Positions 39,764-50,191 are shown, counted from the stretch's first letter. The stretch is DNA of 64,000 nt from an uncultured Verrucomicrobiota bacterium (GCA_942492905.1 OW818657.1:5918188-5982187); one strand, 5' to 3'. The notes: generated by a model not told the origin, from the letters alone. Numbers and translations: made by a program.

Positions 39764-40546
39764 ATGAAAATGACTCCCTGGTTTTTTCTTCCTCGGCTTT
39801 GGTGCGGCATGGGGTTGGTGCTGGTTTGGCTGAGTACAGCGGCTTGTCAGGGGCAGTCTGTGGCCGGATGGATGAGCCGGGGCGATGAATTGGATGCGCA
39901 GCAACAGACCAAGGCGGCATTGGCGGCCTATTTGGAAGGGGAGAAGCTCGGGGTACCCCCAGCGGCCTTGCTGCACCGGCTGGCCAAACAATATGGGCTT
40001 TCCATGAATGATGAGCCGACGGAACCGCGGAAAAAAGCCGCAGGGGAAAAGGCGCTGGCTTACGCCCGGCGGAGTGTGGCGGCGGACCCGAAGGACGCGG
40101 ACGCCCACGTGGCCCTGGCCATTTGTTATGGGAGGTTGGCGCGCTTTCAGGACACCAAGGTCCAGATTGCCTGGTCCCGGCTCATCAAGGAGTCGGCAGA
40201 CGAAGGGCTGCGACTGAATCCGGATCATGAATTGGGCTGCTACGTGCTGGGTTCGTGGCACTACGAAATGGCGGGACTGAATCCGGTGAAGCGGGCTCTG
40301 GCCCGGATGATTTACGGGGCGCTGCCTCCGGCCTCGTATGCGGAGGCAGCGGCGTATTTCAAAAGGGCGATTGCCCTGAATCCGGCCCGGATGGCCAGTT
40401 ACATTGATCTGGGCATGACCTATGTGGAGCTGGACGATGAGACTTCTGCCAAAAACATGCTGACTATAGGGCTGGCATTACCCGACCGGGACCGGGATGA
40501 CCCCATGGTGCGGGCACGGGGAAAACAGGCCCTGGCCGACCTGTGA
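39764..40546 (+). CDS. Secreted TPR-like helical-repeat protein (function unknown)
   Basis: Signal peptide. Repeated Ala/Leu-rich helical pairs (AAYFKRAIALNP... is a TPR-like segment). No specific family recognised. Confidence 0.55.
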   Translation: MKMTPWFFLPRLWCGMGLVLVWLSTAACQGQSVAGWMSRGDELDAQQQTKAALAAYLEGEKLGVPPAALLHRLAKQYGLSMNDEPTEPRKKAAGEKALAYARRSVAADPKDADAHVALAICYGRLARFQDTKVQIAWSRLIKESADEGLRLNPDHELGCYVLGSWHYEMAGLNPVKRALARMIYGALPPASYAEAAAYFKRAIALNPARMASYIDLGMTYVELDDETSAKNMLTIGLALPDRDRDDPMVRARGKQALADL

Positions 40547-40782
40547 AAGGGGCTTGGGACGGGGCTTGTTTCGGGTTTGCAGAAAATAATCGGCGGTTGG
40601 AAAAAATTAATCAAAAACTCATCGAAATGTCTTGCCACGCGCCCCGGATTTCACTAATCTCTAATTATTCTCTTGGGGGGGAATAGCAACTCCGGGTCGC
40701 TGGTAAAACAGCGCCCGGAGTTGTTTCTTTTCAGGCGGGGCGCTTGCGCAGGAGCGGGGCTGGGGCTTTCGGAGGAACGACA

Positions 40783-42057
40783 ATGGAGCGCACTGAAGTG
40801 ATCATCATCGGAGCCGGACTGGCCGGGCTTTGTTGTGCCCGCCGCTTGGTGGAAAGCGGCGTGCGGGTGACGGTGCTGGAGGCTTCCGACGGGGTGGGGG
40901 GAAGGATCCGGACGGATGTGGTGGACGGATTCCGGCTGGACCGGGGATTTCAGGTCCTGCTGACGGCTTACCCGGAAGCCCGGCGGGTTTTGGATTATGA
41001 ATCGTTGAATTTGAAGCCGTTTTACCCGGGCAGTCTCGTGCGGGTCGGGCAGCAGTGGCACCGGATGGCCGATCCTTGGCACGAACCCCTGGATGCGCTG
41101 CGGAGTTTTTCCAATCCAGTGGGAACCCCATGGGACAAGGTGAAGGCGGGCCTGTTGAGTCTGCGGCTCAATGCAGGCTTGGCCCACTCCCCGTCCCGCC
41201 AACCGGAGATTTCCACCCTGGCCTGGCTTCAGCAGCGATTTTCCCCTTCGATGATCGAGCGTTTTTTCCGGCCTTTCATGGCGGGGGTTCTCCTCGACCG
41301 CGAGTTGGAAGCGGGGAGCCGGTGGTTTGAGTCCCTTTACCGGCTGTTCTCCACCGGACAGACTGTGGTACCGGCCCTCGGCATGGAGGAGATCCCACGG
41401 CAAATCGCAGAAACGTTGCCCCGGGGGACCCTGCGGCTGCATTCCCGGGTGGAAGCCCTGCAGGCGGATGCCCTGAAGGTGCGGCTGGCAGACGGCGGGG
41501 AAATCACCGCGCGGGCCATCGTGGTGGCGACCGAAGCCAATGCGGCAGCGGCCCTGACAGGGACGCTTTTGCCGCCAGTGGAGTCCCGGATGGTGCGTAG
41601 TTGGTGGTTTACCGCGCTCGCGGCACCCCATTCCGAGCCCGTGCTTTACCTCAACGGCAACGGGGCAGGTCCTATCAACAATGCGGCCTGGCTGAGCAAT
41701 GTGAGCCGCGACTACGCCCCGATGGGTCAGGCACTGCTCAATGTGACCACTTTGCCCGGGATGGAAGGATGGGACGATGAGGCTGCGGTGCGGCGGCAGT
41801 TGCGCGATTGGTTCGGCCCCATCACGGACGACTGGCAGCTGCTCCGGGAGCAGTTGATTCCGCAGGCCTTGCCGGTGCCCGCTCAGGTCAATCCCCGATT
41901 TGAGGGACGCCCGCCGCGTTTGGCTCCGGGACTTTTTGTGGCGGGCGACCATCATGCGACAGCTTCGATCAATGGGGCGATGGTTTCGGGTCGGCGGGCA
42001 GCCGAGGCAGTCCTGACGGAGTTCGCCGCCGCTCCAGCGACCGGGGAGCTGTTGTAA
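40783..42057 (+). CDS. NAD(P)/FAD-dependent oxidoreductase (amine-oxidase / desaturase-like)
   Basis: Rossmann dinucleotide motif VIIIGAGLAGLCCARRLVESGVRVTVLEASDGVGGR. C-terminal FVAGDH. Start at ATG 40783. Confidence 0.8.
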   Translation: MERTEVIIIGAGLAGLCCARRLVESGVRVTVLEASDGVGGRIRTDVVDGFRLDRGFQVLLTAYPEARRVLDYESLNLKPFYPGSLVRVGQQWHRMADPWHEPLDALRSFSNPVGTPWDKVKAGLLSLRLNAGLAHSPSRQPEISTLAWLQQRFSPSMIERFFRPFMAGVLLDRELEAGSRWFESLYRLFSTGQTVVPALGMEEIPRQIAETLPRGTLRLHSRVEALQADALKVRLADGGEITARAIVVATEANAAAALTGTLLPPVESRMVRSWWFTALAAPHSEPVLYLNGNGAGPINNAAWLSNVSRDYAPMGQALLNVTTLPGMEGWDDEAAVRRQLRDWFGPITDDWQLLREQLIPQALPVPAQVNPRFEGRPPRLAPGLFVAGDHHATASINGAMVSGRRAAEAVLTEFAAAPATGELL

Positions 42058-42104
42058 AACGGGTTATAAGTGGGGATGAAAACTTTTTTCTAATTCCTAC
42101 TTGC

Positions 42105-42129
42105 GTAGTATACATTTCTCAAATACTAC
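42105..42129. promoter_or_regulatory. Inverted repeat GTAGTAT-11 nt-ATACTAC in the AT-rich region upstream of the Rrf2 gene; candidate operator
   Basis: Read directly: 42105-42111 is the reverse complement of 42123-42129. It ends 10 nt before the Rrf2 start codon (42139). The operator role is an inference. Confidence 0.4.
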
Positions 42130-42138
42130 TCGTGCACC

Positions 42139-42705
42139 ATGAAATTGACCAAACGAGGAGAATACGCCCTGCGGACCCTGATCCGGCTGGGAGTGGCGCA
42201 CCGTTTGGGCAAAGAAGTGTTGAGCGTTTCCCAGCTGGCGGAGGCCGAACATGTGCCCTTCAAGTTTCTGGAGCAGATCCTCGGAGAGTTGCGTCAGGCC
42301 GGTTATGTGGAAAGCCGCCGGGGCAAGCACGGCGGCTGTCTGCTCGCCAAACCGATGGACCAGATCAAAATGGGGGAATTGGTCCGCCTGATTGATGGCC
42401 GGCTCGCTCCGATCGGTTGTGCCAGTGAAACGGATTATGAAAAGTGCACTTGTCCGGACGAAGCCCACTGCGGCCTGCGCATGATCATGATCGACGTGCG
42501 CAATGCCATCGCCAACATCCTTGACCGCTACACCCTCGGCAATGTCGTCGAGGTGACGCTGCGGAAAATCCTGCGCGATGGCGGCCCCCTGCCTTTTGAA
42601 GTTCCGGCCCAGCCTACCCTGGCGCCGGAAGGAACCCGCCGGGCCGATCCCGCCGATGGATTCCTCACCTTTCTTTCCGAACCCCTGTTCTCCCCTGCCC
42701 GATGA
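42139..42705 (+). CDS. Rrf2-family transcriptional regulator
   Basis: MKLTKRGEYALRTLIRLG..., wHTH region, a Cys cluster GCASETDYEKCTCPDEAHC, and a ~45-aa C-terminal extension. Confidence 0.9.
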   Translation: MKLTKRGEYALRTLIRLGVAHRLGKEVLSVSQLAEAEHVPFKFLEQILGELRQAGYVESRRGKHGGCLLAKPMDQIKMGELVRLIDGRLAPIGCASETDYEKCTCPDEAHCGLRMIMIDVRNAIANILDRYTLGNVVEVTLRKILRDGGPLPFEVPAQPTLAPEGTRRADPADGFLTFLSEPLFSPAR

Positions 42706-42896
42706 ATCCTCCTGACGTCAATTCCCTGCCGGATGCCTCCAGCGTCTGGTTGGATCTGGTGAAGCGCAAAGTGGAAGCGATGCGCTTCGGCTCGGTGCAG
42801 ATCGTGGTTCACGACGGCCGCGTCACCACGGTGGAGGCCACCGAAAAAACCCGCCTGCCGTCCTGCCCGGCAGACGGTCCACCCATCAAGGGTTGA
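42702..42896 (+). CDS. YezD/DUF2292-family small protein
   Basis: 64 aa. The core VEAMRFGSVQIVVHDGRVTTVEATEKTRL matches the DUF2292 pattern. ATGA overlap with the Rrf2 stop. Confidence 0.7.
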   Translation: MNPPDVNSLPDASSVWLDLVKRKVEAMRFGSVQIVVHDGRVTTVEATEKTRLPSCPADGPPIKG

Positions 42897-43128
42897 TCCC
42901 TGTTTCCCCGAATTCCGCAGCGTCCTGCTGCCATTGCCCGCGATTCTGACCGGACCACCGGAAGCGTCAGCCAAGGCCCCGCCCGCCCTTTCTGCCCGGA
43001 AGTTCCGGCGCCTGCTGCCCCGCGTTTTTGTCCCTGCCTACCGGTCACACCGGAGGTCATCCTCCATCACCCGCGCCCCATGACCGCCCACCGCGGATTG
43101 TTGCGCCCCGGAAAAACCTATCAAAACA

Positions 43129-44310
43129 ATGTTCATTCCCCAAAAAACCAACCACACGGCGGGGCGTCTTGCCCCGCTACTTCTCCTCCTGTTGACGGCC
43201 GCCCTCGCCTTCGCCGGAGACCCCAACCCGCCGGTCAGGACTCCCGCTCCGGCTGACACGCCGCCTTCCGCCTTCGATCAGTTGTGGGGGCTGGCCACCC
43301 TCTATAAAAACGACCACAACCCGATCCTGCAGGAGTTCAAACTGCGCGGCCGCTATCAAGGTCAGTATCACTGGTTGGATTCCGACCAAGGCGATGCCGA
43401 TGATTGGGAAAACCGCCGCTCCCGTTTTGGATTCGATGCCAAACTTTTCAGCAAAAAGATCGAACTCCGACTCGATGCGGAAAGTAACGATGCCTTCGAT
43501 CCCTTCTATGGAGGGCTGGTGGATGCGTATCTGAAATGGAAACCGTCGGGTGACTTCGCCCTGACCCTGGGCCGCCAGAAACCGCAGATCGGGGGGTATG
43601 ACTGGTTGGCTTCCACCAACAATACACCGACTTTCGAACGATCGCAGATTTTCAATCAACTCCGGGTGAACCGGGCCACGGGAGCCGTGCTGGAGGGACT
43701 GGTGGGCAAGTTCACCTGGCAGGCGGGAGTTTACTCCAATGACGTGGACCGCGAATTCGGGCAACTCGATGGCGGGCTCAGCTACGGCGCCGGAGCCGGC
43801 TATCATTTCGGCGGCGCATGGGGGCTGAAAAAGGCTGACCTCCGGGCGGATTGGCTGCACAGCGACCACGAAGCGGAAGACACTGTGCTGAACCGTTATG
43901 ACGACCTGCTGTCGGCGACCCTGCAGTTGCAGGATGGCCGGTGGAGTCTGGTGACGGAGGCCTATTACGGCACCGGCGAAAAAGCAGCGGATGTGTTTGG
44001 CTTTTTCATCCAGCCCACGTGGGATTTGTTGCCGCAAGAGCTCCAACTGGTCGGCCGCTACAGCTTTGCCATCGGAGATGGTCCGGACAGCGTGATGGCC
44101 CAGTCCCGCTACGAACGCGAAGCCCCGCAACTCACCGGAGGCGGGCGCGGCGAGCGCTATCAGGCCGGCTATCTGGGTCTGCAATACTTCATCCACGGAG
44201 ACCGGCTGAAGCTCATGGCCGGGGCGGAATACGCCCGCCTCGATGGCGGCGGCAACGGCGGAGATTTTGAAGGCCTCACCCTCCTGACCGGCATCCGCCT
44301 CTCATTCTAA
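43129..44310 (+). CDS. Outer-membrane porin, OprO/OprP (anion-selective) family-like
   Basis: Signal peptide. Alternating beta-strand pattern. The N-terminal FKLRGRYQGQYHW block and the terminal ...LTGIRLSF are typical of the porin O/P family. Substrate is unknown. Confidence 0.6.
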   Translation: MFIPQKTNHTAGRLAPLLLLLLTAALAFAGDPNPPVRTPAPADTPPSAFDQLWGLATLYKNDHNPILQEFKLRGRYQGQYHWLDSDQGDADDWENRRSRFGFDAKLFSKKIELRLDAESNDAFDPFYGGLVDAYLKWKPSGDFALTLGRQKPQIGGYDWLASTNNTPTFERSQIFNQLRVNRATGAVLEGLVGKFTWQAGVYSNDVDREFGQLDGGLSYGAGAGYHFGGAWGLKKADLRADWLHSDHEAEDTVLNRYDDLLSATLQLQDGRWSLVTEAYYGTGEKAADVFGFFIQPTWDLLPQELQLVGRYSFAIGDGPDSVMAQSRYEREAPQLTGGGRGERYQAGYLGLQYFIHGDRLKLMAGAEYARLDGGGNGGDFEGLTLLTGIRLSF

Positions 44311-44339
44311 CACCAGACAAATCCCAAATCATCTCTATC

Positions 44340-45320
44340 ATGAAACGCCGTAACTTCCTCTACACCCTGCCGATTGGTCTCAGCGCCGGCCTGGCCGCCT
44401 GCGGACAAAAATCCGCCCCCGCCGGTGGGAAACCCGTGATCCGTTTTGGACACTTCCCGAATATCACCCATGTCCAGGCATTGGTGGCACACCATCTTTC
44501 CCGGCAAGGGAAAGGCTGGTTCGAGGAACGCCTCGGGGCCAATATCGAGTGGTTCACCTACAATGCCGGGCCTTCCGCCATTGAGGCCATTTTCGCCCGG
44601 TCCCTCGACGTCACTTACATCGGTCCCAGCCCTGTGCTGAATGCCTACGCCAAATCCAAAGGCGCCGAGCCCCGTATCCTCGCCGGCGCCGCAAATGGTG
44701 GATCGGCGCTGGTGGTCCGGCCTGCTTCCGGAATCCTGAAGCCTGAGGACTTCCGCGGGAAAAAGGTGGCCACTCCCCAGCTGGGCAATACCCAGGACGT
44801 CCAAGCCCGCGCCTGGCTGGTGGAGCACGGTTTTAAAGTCACTCAGACCGGCGGTGATGTCACCGTGATCCCGACCGCCAACGCCGACCAGTTGGGCTTG
44901 TTCGCCAAGGGGGAGATTGATGCCGTCTGGACGGCCGAACCGTGGGTGAGCCGGCTGGAGATCGAAGCTGGAGCCGCCGTGTTCCTGGAAGACCGCGAGA
45001 CCAATGTCACCATGCTGGTGGCCCGGGCCGCCTTCCTGACAGAACAGGCGGAACTGATCAAAAAGCTCACCGCAGCGCACCGGGAACTAACCGATTGGAT
45101 CACCGCCCACCCGGCAGAGGCGAAAGCCCTCATCAAAGCCGAACTGAAGGAACTGACCACCGCTGCCCCCAGTGACGCCGTGGTGGACCGGGCCCTCGCC
45201 CGCACCATCCTGACCAATGAAGTGTCCCGCCCGTCGCTCGACAAGATGGTGGGCAGTGCGCAGAAGGCCGGCTTCCTCAAGGACATCCCGGCCCTTGATC
45301 AACTCCTCGTCAAACCCTGA
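44340..45320 (+). CDS. ABC transporter substrate-binding protein, NitT/TauT (aliphatic sulfonate/taurine/nitrate) family
   Basis: Lipoprotein/Tat-like N-terminus MKRRNFLYTLPIGLSAGLAACG. The SsuA/NMT1-like pattern IRFGHFPNITHVQALVA...YIGPSPVLNAY. Confidence 0.8.
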   Translation: MKRRNFLYTLPIGLSAGLAACGQKSAPAGGKPVIRFGHFPNITHVQALVAHHLSRQGKGWFEERLGANIEWFTYNAGPSAIEAIFARSLDVTYIGPSPVLNAYAKSKGAEPRILAGAANGGSALVVRPASGILKPEDFRGKKVATPQLGNTQDVQARAWLVEHGFKVTQTGGDVTVIPTANADQLGLFAKGEIDAVWTAEPWVSRLEIEAGAAVFLEDRETNVTMLVARAAFLTEQAELIKKLTAAHRELTDWITAHPAEAKALIKAELKELTTAAPSDAVVDRALARTILTNEVSRPSLDKMVGSAQKAGFLKDIPALDQLLVKP

Positions 45321-46129
45321 TGCCGCCCTCTCCCATGAGCGCCACCGAAGCCCTCGAACTCATCACTCCGGCCAAACTGGTGGTGAAGGATGTCAGTAAA
45401 TCCTTCACCACCCGGCGGGGCTGGCTCCAGGCCCTGGATCACGTGAGCCTCACTGTAGGCGAGGGCGAGTTTGTCTGCCTCGTCGGCCCCAGCGGCTGCG
45501 GGAAGAGCACCCTCCTCAACCTCATCGCCGGACTGGATATCCCCGACTCCGGCAGCCTCGTCAGTGATGGCCAGCCGATCACCGGCACCGGCCGCGAACG
45601 CATGGTGATGTTCCAGGAACATGCGCTTTTCCCGTGGCTGGATGTGATGGGAAATGTGCTCTTCGGCCTGCGGCTGAAACCCAACCTGACCGACAAGGAC
45701 CGCAAGGAAGTGGCGAAATATTATCTGCATCTGGTGGGGCTGGAACGCTTCGCCCATAGCAATATCCACGAATTGTCGGGGGGCATGAAACAGCGGGTGG
45801 CCCTCGCCCGGGCCATGGCTCCCAATCCGCGGGTCCTGCTGATGGATGAACCGTTCGCCTCGCTTGATGCCATGACCCGCGAACAACTCTATGAGGACAT
45901 CCAGAAAATCTGGACGGCCCGGAAGAAGACCATCGTCTTCGTCACCCACAACGTGCGGGAGGCGGTCTGCCTGGGCGACCGCGTCATCCTTTTCTCACCG
46001 AATCCCGGCCGCATCCGCGAGGAATTTGTCATCGGCCTGCCGCGTCCGCGCGACATCAACAGCGTCGAACTGGCCGGTCTGGCCACTGAAATCACCCGTG
46101 CCTTGAAATCCCACCTGCCAGCCAAATGA
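45320..46129 (+). CDS. ABC transporter ATP-binding protein, NitT/TauT family
   Basis: Walker A GPSGCGKST, signature LSGGMKQRVALARA, Walker B LLMDEP. 1-nt overlap (TGATG) with the upstream gene. Confidence 0.9.
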   Translation: MPPSPMSATEALELITPAKLVVKDVSKSFTTRRGWLQALDHVSLTVGEGEFVCLVGPSGCGKSTLLNLIAGLDIPDSGSLVSDGQPITGTGRERMVMFQEHALFPWLDVMGNVLFGLRLKPNLTDKDRKEVAKYYLHLVGLERFAHSNIHELSGGMKQRVALARAMAPNPRVLLMDEPFASLDAMTREQLYEDIQKIWTARKKTIVFVTHNVREAVCLGDRVILFSPNPGRIREEFVIGLPRPRDINSVELAGLATEITRALKSHLPAK

Positions 46130-46893
46130 AACGTCTTACCGTCGCGCTCCTCTTTTTTGTGGCCTTGGCCGGTCTGTGGCAGGCTCTGGTGGCTTCAGGA
46201 CGATATTCCCCGGTGTTGTTGCCGCCGCCCGGCGATGTGGGGAAATACCTGCTGCAGGCACTCGCGGATGGCTCGCTGGCCAGCTCGGCCTGGGTCACCA
46301 CCAAGCGCCTCCTGATCGGTTATGGCATCGGCTGCCTGATCGGTCTGCCGCTGGGGCTGATGACAGCGCGTTCCAAATATCTCAGCGACACCGTCGGAGT
46401 GCTGGCCCTGGGCCTGCAGACCCTGCCCAGTGTCTGTTGGGTGCCGCTGGCCCTGCTCTGGTATGGTCAGACGGAATCCGCGATGCAGTTTGTGGTGATC
46501 ATGGGCACGCTGTGGAGCGTCCTGATCGCGGTCGACAACGGGGTTAAAAACCTGCCGCCGCTTTTCGTCAGGGCAGCCCGCACCATGGGCTCCAAGGGGC
46601 TGCACACCCTGACCCATGTGATCCTGCCGGCCTCCCTGCCGTATGTCATCAGCGGCATGAAACAGGGCTGGGCCTTCGCCTGGCGTTCGCTCATGGCGGC
46701 GGAAATCTACGTCACCATCCTCGGCGGCTACGGCCTCGGCCACCTGCTGCATTTCGGCCGCGAATTGAACTCCATGGATCAGGTGATCGGCATCATGCTG
46801 GTGATCGTGCTGATCGGCCTGCTGGCGGACAAGCTGCTCTTCTCCCCCTGGGAAAACTTTGTGCACCGGAGATGGGGCACCGCGCGCGGCTGA
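46126..46893 (+). CDS. ABC transporter permease, NitT/TauT family
   Basis: Six TM segments. EAA-like loop ARTMGSKGLHTLTHVILPASLPYVISGMKQGWAFAWRSLMAAE. ATGA overlap with the ATPase gene. Confidence 0.9.
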   Translation: MKRLTVALLFFVALAGLWQALVASGRYSPVLLPPPGDVGKYLLQALADGSLASSAWVTTKRLLIGYGIGCLIGLPLGLMTARSKYLSDTVGVLALGLQTLPSVCWVPLALLWYGQTESAMQFVVIMGTLWSVLIAVDNGVKNLPPLFVRAARTMGSKGLHTLTHVILPASLPYVISGMKQGWAFAWRSLMAAEIYVTILGGYGLGHLLHFGRELNSMDQVIGIMLVIVLIGLLADKLLFSPWENFVHRRWGTARG

Positions 46894-46907
46894 TCGACTG
46901 GAAAGCA

Positions 46908-46941
46908 AGGACCTGCGGGGCAGCTACGCCCGGCAGGTCCT
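46908..46941. terminator. Strong GC hairpin between the convergent ABC permease gene and leuS (possible bidirectional terminator)
   Basis: AGGACCTGC...GCAGGTCCT outer stem plus an inner GGGC/GCCC stem (13 bp with one mismatch, 6-nt loop). There is no clear T-run, hence the low confidence. Confidence 0.4.
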
Positions 46942-46955
46942 ATCGATAAGCCTCC

Positions 46956-49520
46956 TCACTTGACCACAATATTCACCAGCTTCCCGGGTACCACGATGGT
47001 TTTGACGATGGTGCCGGTGCCAACAAATTCCTGCACCCGCGCGGAAGCGAAGGCGAGGGTTTTGATTTCGTCTTCGGTGGCGGCGGTGGCGACGGTGATT
47101 TTGTCACGCAGCTTGCCGTTCACCTGGATCACGATTTCGATCTCGTCCACTACCAGAGCGCCCTCGTCCCACTGCGGCCAGGGCTGCTGGCACAGCTGAC
47201 CGGCGGGCAGCTGGGGGAAAACGGCCTGGAGGCGGGCGTTGATTTCCTCGGTGACATGCGGGGCGAAGGGATTGAGGCAGAGCAGGAGCTGGGTGAATTC
47301 GGCCAAAGGCACCGCGGCGGCAGCGGTGAAGGCATTGGTCAGGACCATCATCTGGGAGATGGCGGTATTGAAACTGAGGGCTTCCACGTCCTCCGTCACC
47401 TTTTTGATGGTCTGATGCGCCACGCGGCGCAGGGTTTTGTCCTGACAAGGGTCCGTGGTGATTTTTCGGTTCAGGACCCATTCACCGGCCTGGTTTTCCT
47501 CACAAGCCACCCGCCACACGCGGGCGAGGAAGCGGCTCACGCCTTCCACGCCTTTCATCTGCCAGGGTTTGACCTGGTCCAACGGGCCCATGAACATCTC
47601 GTAAAGGCGCAGGGAGTCGGCCCCATACTCGGCCACGACTTCATCCGGACTGACCACATTGCCGAGGGATTTGGACATTTTTTGTCCGTCCTCGCCGAGG
47701 ATCAGGCCTTGGTTGACCAGCTTTTGGAAGGGCTCGGTGGTGCTCAGGTGGCCGAGATCGAAGAGAACCTTGTGCCAGAAGCGGGCGTAGAGCAGGTGCA
47801 GCACGGCGTGCTCGGTGCCGCCGACGTAGAGGTCGACCGCGCCGGGTTTCCCGCTGCCGCCCAACCAGTAGGCTTCGGCTTCCTTGCTGATGAAGCGATC
47901 GGCGTTTTTCGGGTCGCAATAACGCAGGTAATACCAGCACGAGCCTGCCCATTGCGGCATGGTATTGGTTTCGCGCTGCGCCGTGGCGCTGTAGGCGATC
48001 CAATCCGTCGCTTTGATGAGCGGCCCGCGCGGGTCGCCGGTGGGTTTGAAGTCTTCCAGATCCGGCTGGAGCAACGGGAGTTCGCTATCCGGAATGCCGG
48101 CATGGTTGCCGTTTTCCCAAATGATCGGGAAGGGCTCGCCCCAGTAACGCTGGCGGGAGAACAGCCAGTCGCGCAGCTTGAATTGAATACGGCGTTTGCC
48201 GAGGCCTTTGGACTCGAGCCAGTCGATCATTTTGGCTTTGGCTTCGGCGGTGGGGAGACCGTCGAGGAAGCCGGAGTTCACGGCGGTGCCGGGATTGGTG
48301 TAACCTTGCCATTCGGAATCTTCACCTGGTTGGACGACCTGGAGGATCGGCAGAGAGAACTTTTTCGCGAATTCAAAATCCCGTTCATCATGCGCCGGGA
48401 CGGCCATGATGGCTCCGGTGCCGTAGCCCATCATGACGTAGTCGGCGATCCAGACGGGGATCTTTTCCTGGTTCACCGGATTGATGGCAAAGGCTCCGGT
48501 GAAGACGCCGGACTTGTCTTTGTTCAAGTCGCCGCGGTCCATGTCGGACTTGCTGGCGCAGGCGGCGACATAGGCTTCGACCGCGGCTTTTTGTTCCGGC
48601 GTGGTGATTTTGCTGACCAGGGAATGCTCGGGAGCCAGCACCATGTAAGTGGCTCCGAACAAGGTGTCAGGACGTGTGGTGAAAACGGTGACCTTGTGGC
48701 CTTGGACGTCAAAATCAACTTCGGCGCCTTCGCTTTTTCCGATCCAGTTTTTCTGGAGCAGTTTGATACCCTCCGGCCAGTCGAGCGGCTCCAGTTCGTC
48801 GATCAGGCGCTCGGCGTAGCTGGTGATGCGCAGCATCCATTGGCGCAGGGGGCGGCGCTCCACAGTGTGGCCTTTGTTTTTCCATTCCTCGATTTCCTCA
48901 TTGGCGAGGACGGTGCCGAGATCCGGGGACCAGTTCACGGGCGCTTCGTGGACAAAGGCGAGGCGGACGGCGTCGATTTGTTCGCGGGTCCAGCCTTTGG
49001 ATTCCAGTTGGGAGACGGGCTGGGCTTTGCGGGTTTCCTCACAGAAGTAGGAATGATAGAGCTGGAGGAAAATCCACTGGGTCCAGCGGACGTAGCCAGG
49101 GTCGGTGGTGTTGACTTCGCGGTCCCAGTCGTAGGAAAACCCGAGGGCTTTGAGCTGGCGGCGGAAGTTGTCGATGTTGGCCTCGGTGGTAACGCGGGGG
49201 TGCTGGCCGGTTTTGATGGCGTATTGCTCGGCGGGCAGGCCGAAGGCGTCCCAGCCCATGGGATGCAGGACGTTGCAGCCCTGCATACGCTTGGTGCGGG
49301 CGAGGATATCAGTGGCGGTGTAGCCCTCCGGATGGCCGACATGCAGGCCCGCCCCGCTGGGGTAGGGGAACATGTCGAGCACGTAATATTTCGGCTTCGA
49401 GGCATCAAAGTCGGCGTCGCCCGGCCCGGGGGTGCGGAAGGTTTTTTCGGTATCCCAGCGCTGCTGCCAGCGGGGCTCGAATTCATCGAAGGGGAAGGGC
49501 TTGCGTCGGTCGCTGCTCAT
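46956..49520 (-). CDS. leuS: Leucyl-tRNA synthetase
   Basis: 854 aa. The HIGH region [16 protein letters not shown], the KMSKS motif QKMSKSLGN and a CP1 editing domain are present. Confidence 0.95.
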   Translation of the reverse strand: MSSDRRKPFPFDEFEPRWQQRWDTEKTFRTPGPGDADFDASKPKYYVLDMFPYPSGAGLHVGHPEGYTATDILARTKRMQGCNVLHPMGWDAFGLPAEQYAIKTGQHPRVTTEANIDNFRRQLKALGFSYDWDREVNTTDPGYVRWTQWIFLQLYHSYFCEETRKAQPVSQLESKGWTREQIDAVRLAFVHEAPVNWSPDLGTVLANEEIEEWKNKGHTVERRPLRQWMLRITSYAERLIDELEPLDWPEGIKLLQKNWIGKSEGAEVDFDVQGHKVTVFTTRPDTLFGATYMVLAPEHSLVSKITTPEQKAAVEAYVAACASKSDMDRGDLNKDKSGVFTGAFAINPVNQEKIPVWIADYVMMGYGTGAIMAVPAHDERDFEFAKKFSLPILQVVQPGEDSEWQGYTNPGTAVNSGFLDGLPTAEAKAKMIDWLESKGLGKRRIQFKLRDWLFSRQRYWGEPFPIIWENGNHAGIPDSELPLLQPDLEDFKPTGDPRGPLIKATDWIAYSATAQRETNTMPQWAGSCWYYLRYCDPKNADRFISKEAEAYWLGGSGKPGAVDLYVGGTEHAVLHLLYARFWHKVLFDLGHLSTTEPFQKLVNQGLILGEDGQKMSKSLGNVVSPDEVVAEYGADSLRLYEMFMGPLDQVKPWQMKGVEGVSRFLARVWRVACEENQAGEWVLNRKITTDPCQDKTLRRVAHQTIKKVTEDVEALSFNTAISQMMVLTNAFTAAAAVPLAEFTQLLLCLNPFAPHVTEEINARLQAVFPQLPAGQLCQQPWPQWDEGALVVDEIEIVIQVNGKLRDKITVATAATEDEIKTLAFASARVQEFVGTGTIVKTIVVPGKLVNIVVK

Positions 49521-49621
49521 GGTGGTCTGGGGAAAGTCGGAAAATTGAAGGGCGGGAAGGTGAATCGGATTTTTGAAAAAGAAACCCCTGACTGGCGGTG
49601 GATCGTGGGTAAGATATTCCC

Positions 49622-50110
49622 ATGCCTACCGTGCCGCCCAGCGCTGTGACTGATGCGTGGAATGAATTGAATATTGAGGACGACGAGAAATTGGCGATCC
49701 ACGTCGCCCAGTTCCGGACCGAACAGCCGGTGCTGGCGGGGTTTCTCCAAGCGGCGGAAGAAGCGATCGCGGACCGCGATGACCGGGGGCTGGTGTTTTT
49801 TTACGGACTGTGGGCGTGGCTGGCCTTTAAGAAATGCGGGGGAGCGACCCATGAGGTAACCGAGGAGCGCATCGAAGCGGCATGGGAGGAAAACGAAGAG
49901 GAAATGCAGGAGTTGGCGGCCGTCGATGAGCGCCGCTGGCTGCACAGCGCCCGGTCCTTGACCTCGCAGTACCGCCAGATGGCGCTGTTGGGAGCGATGA
50001 CGGAAAGCATCATGGACCCCGGACTGACCGACCGACCCCGAAGTGATGATCTGTCCGGCATCATCCTGCTGCATGTCAAAACGGCGATCGATGCCCTGGA
50101 TGGCGATTAG
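49622..50110 (+). CDS. Hypothetical acidic protein (162 aa)
   Basis: The ORF fills the gap between the leuS promoter region and rlmN. The composition is protein-like (amphipathic helices, WAWLAFKK). No family recognised. Confidence 0.5.
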   Translation: MPTVPPSAVTDAWNELNIEDDEKLAIHVAQFRTEQPVLAGFLQAAEEAIADRDDRGLVFFYGLWAWLAFKKCGGATHEVTEERIEAAWEENEEEMQELAAVDERRWLHSARSLTSQYRQMALLGAMTESIMDPGLTDRPRSDDLSGIILLHVKTAIDALDGD

Positions 50111-50191
50111 GTTGGCCCAGCCCCCTTTCCCCAGTCGACCGGGCCCGGGCTCTCCGAATTCACCCTTCATAATTCGGAATCCGCGCCTACG

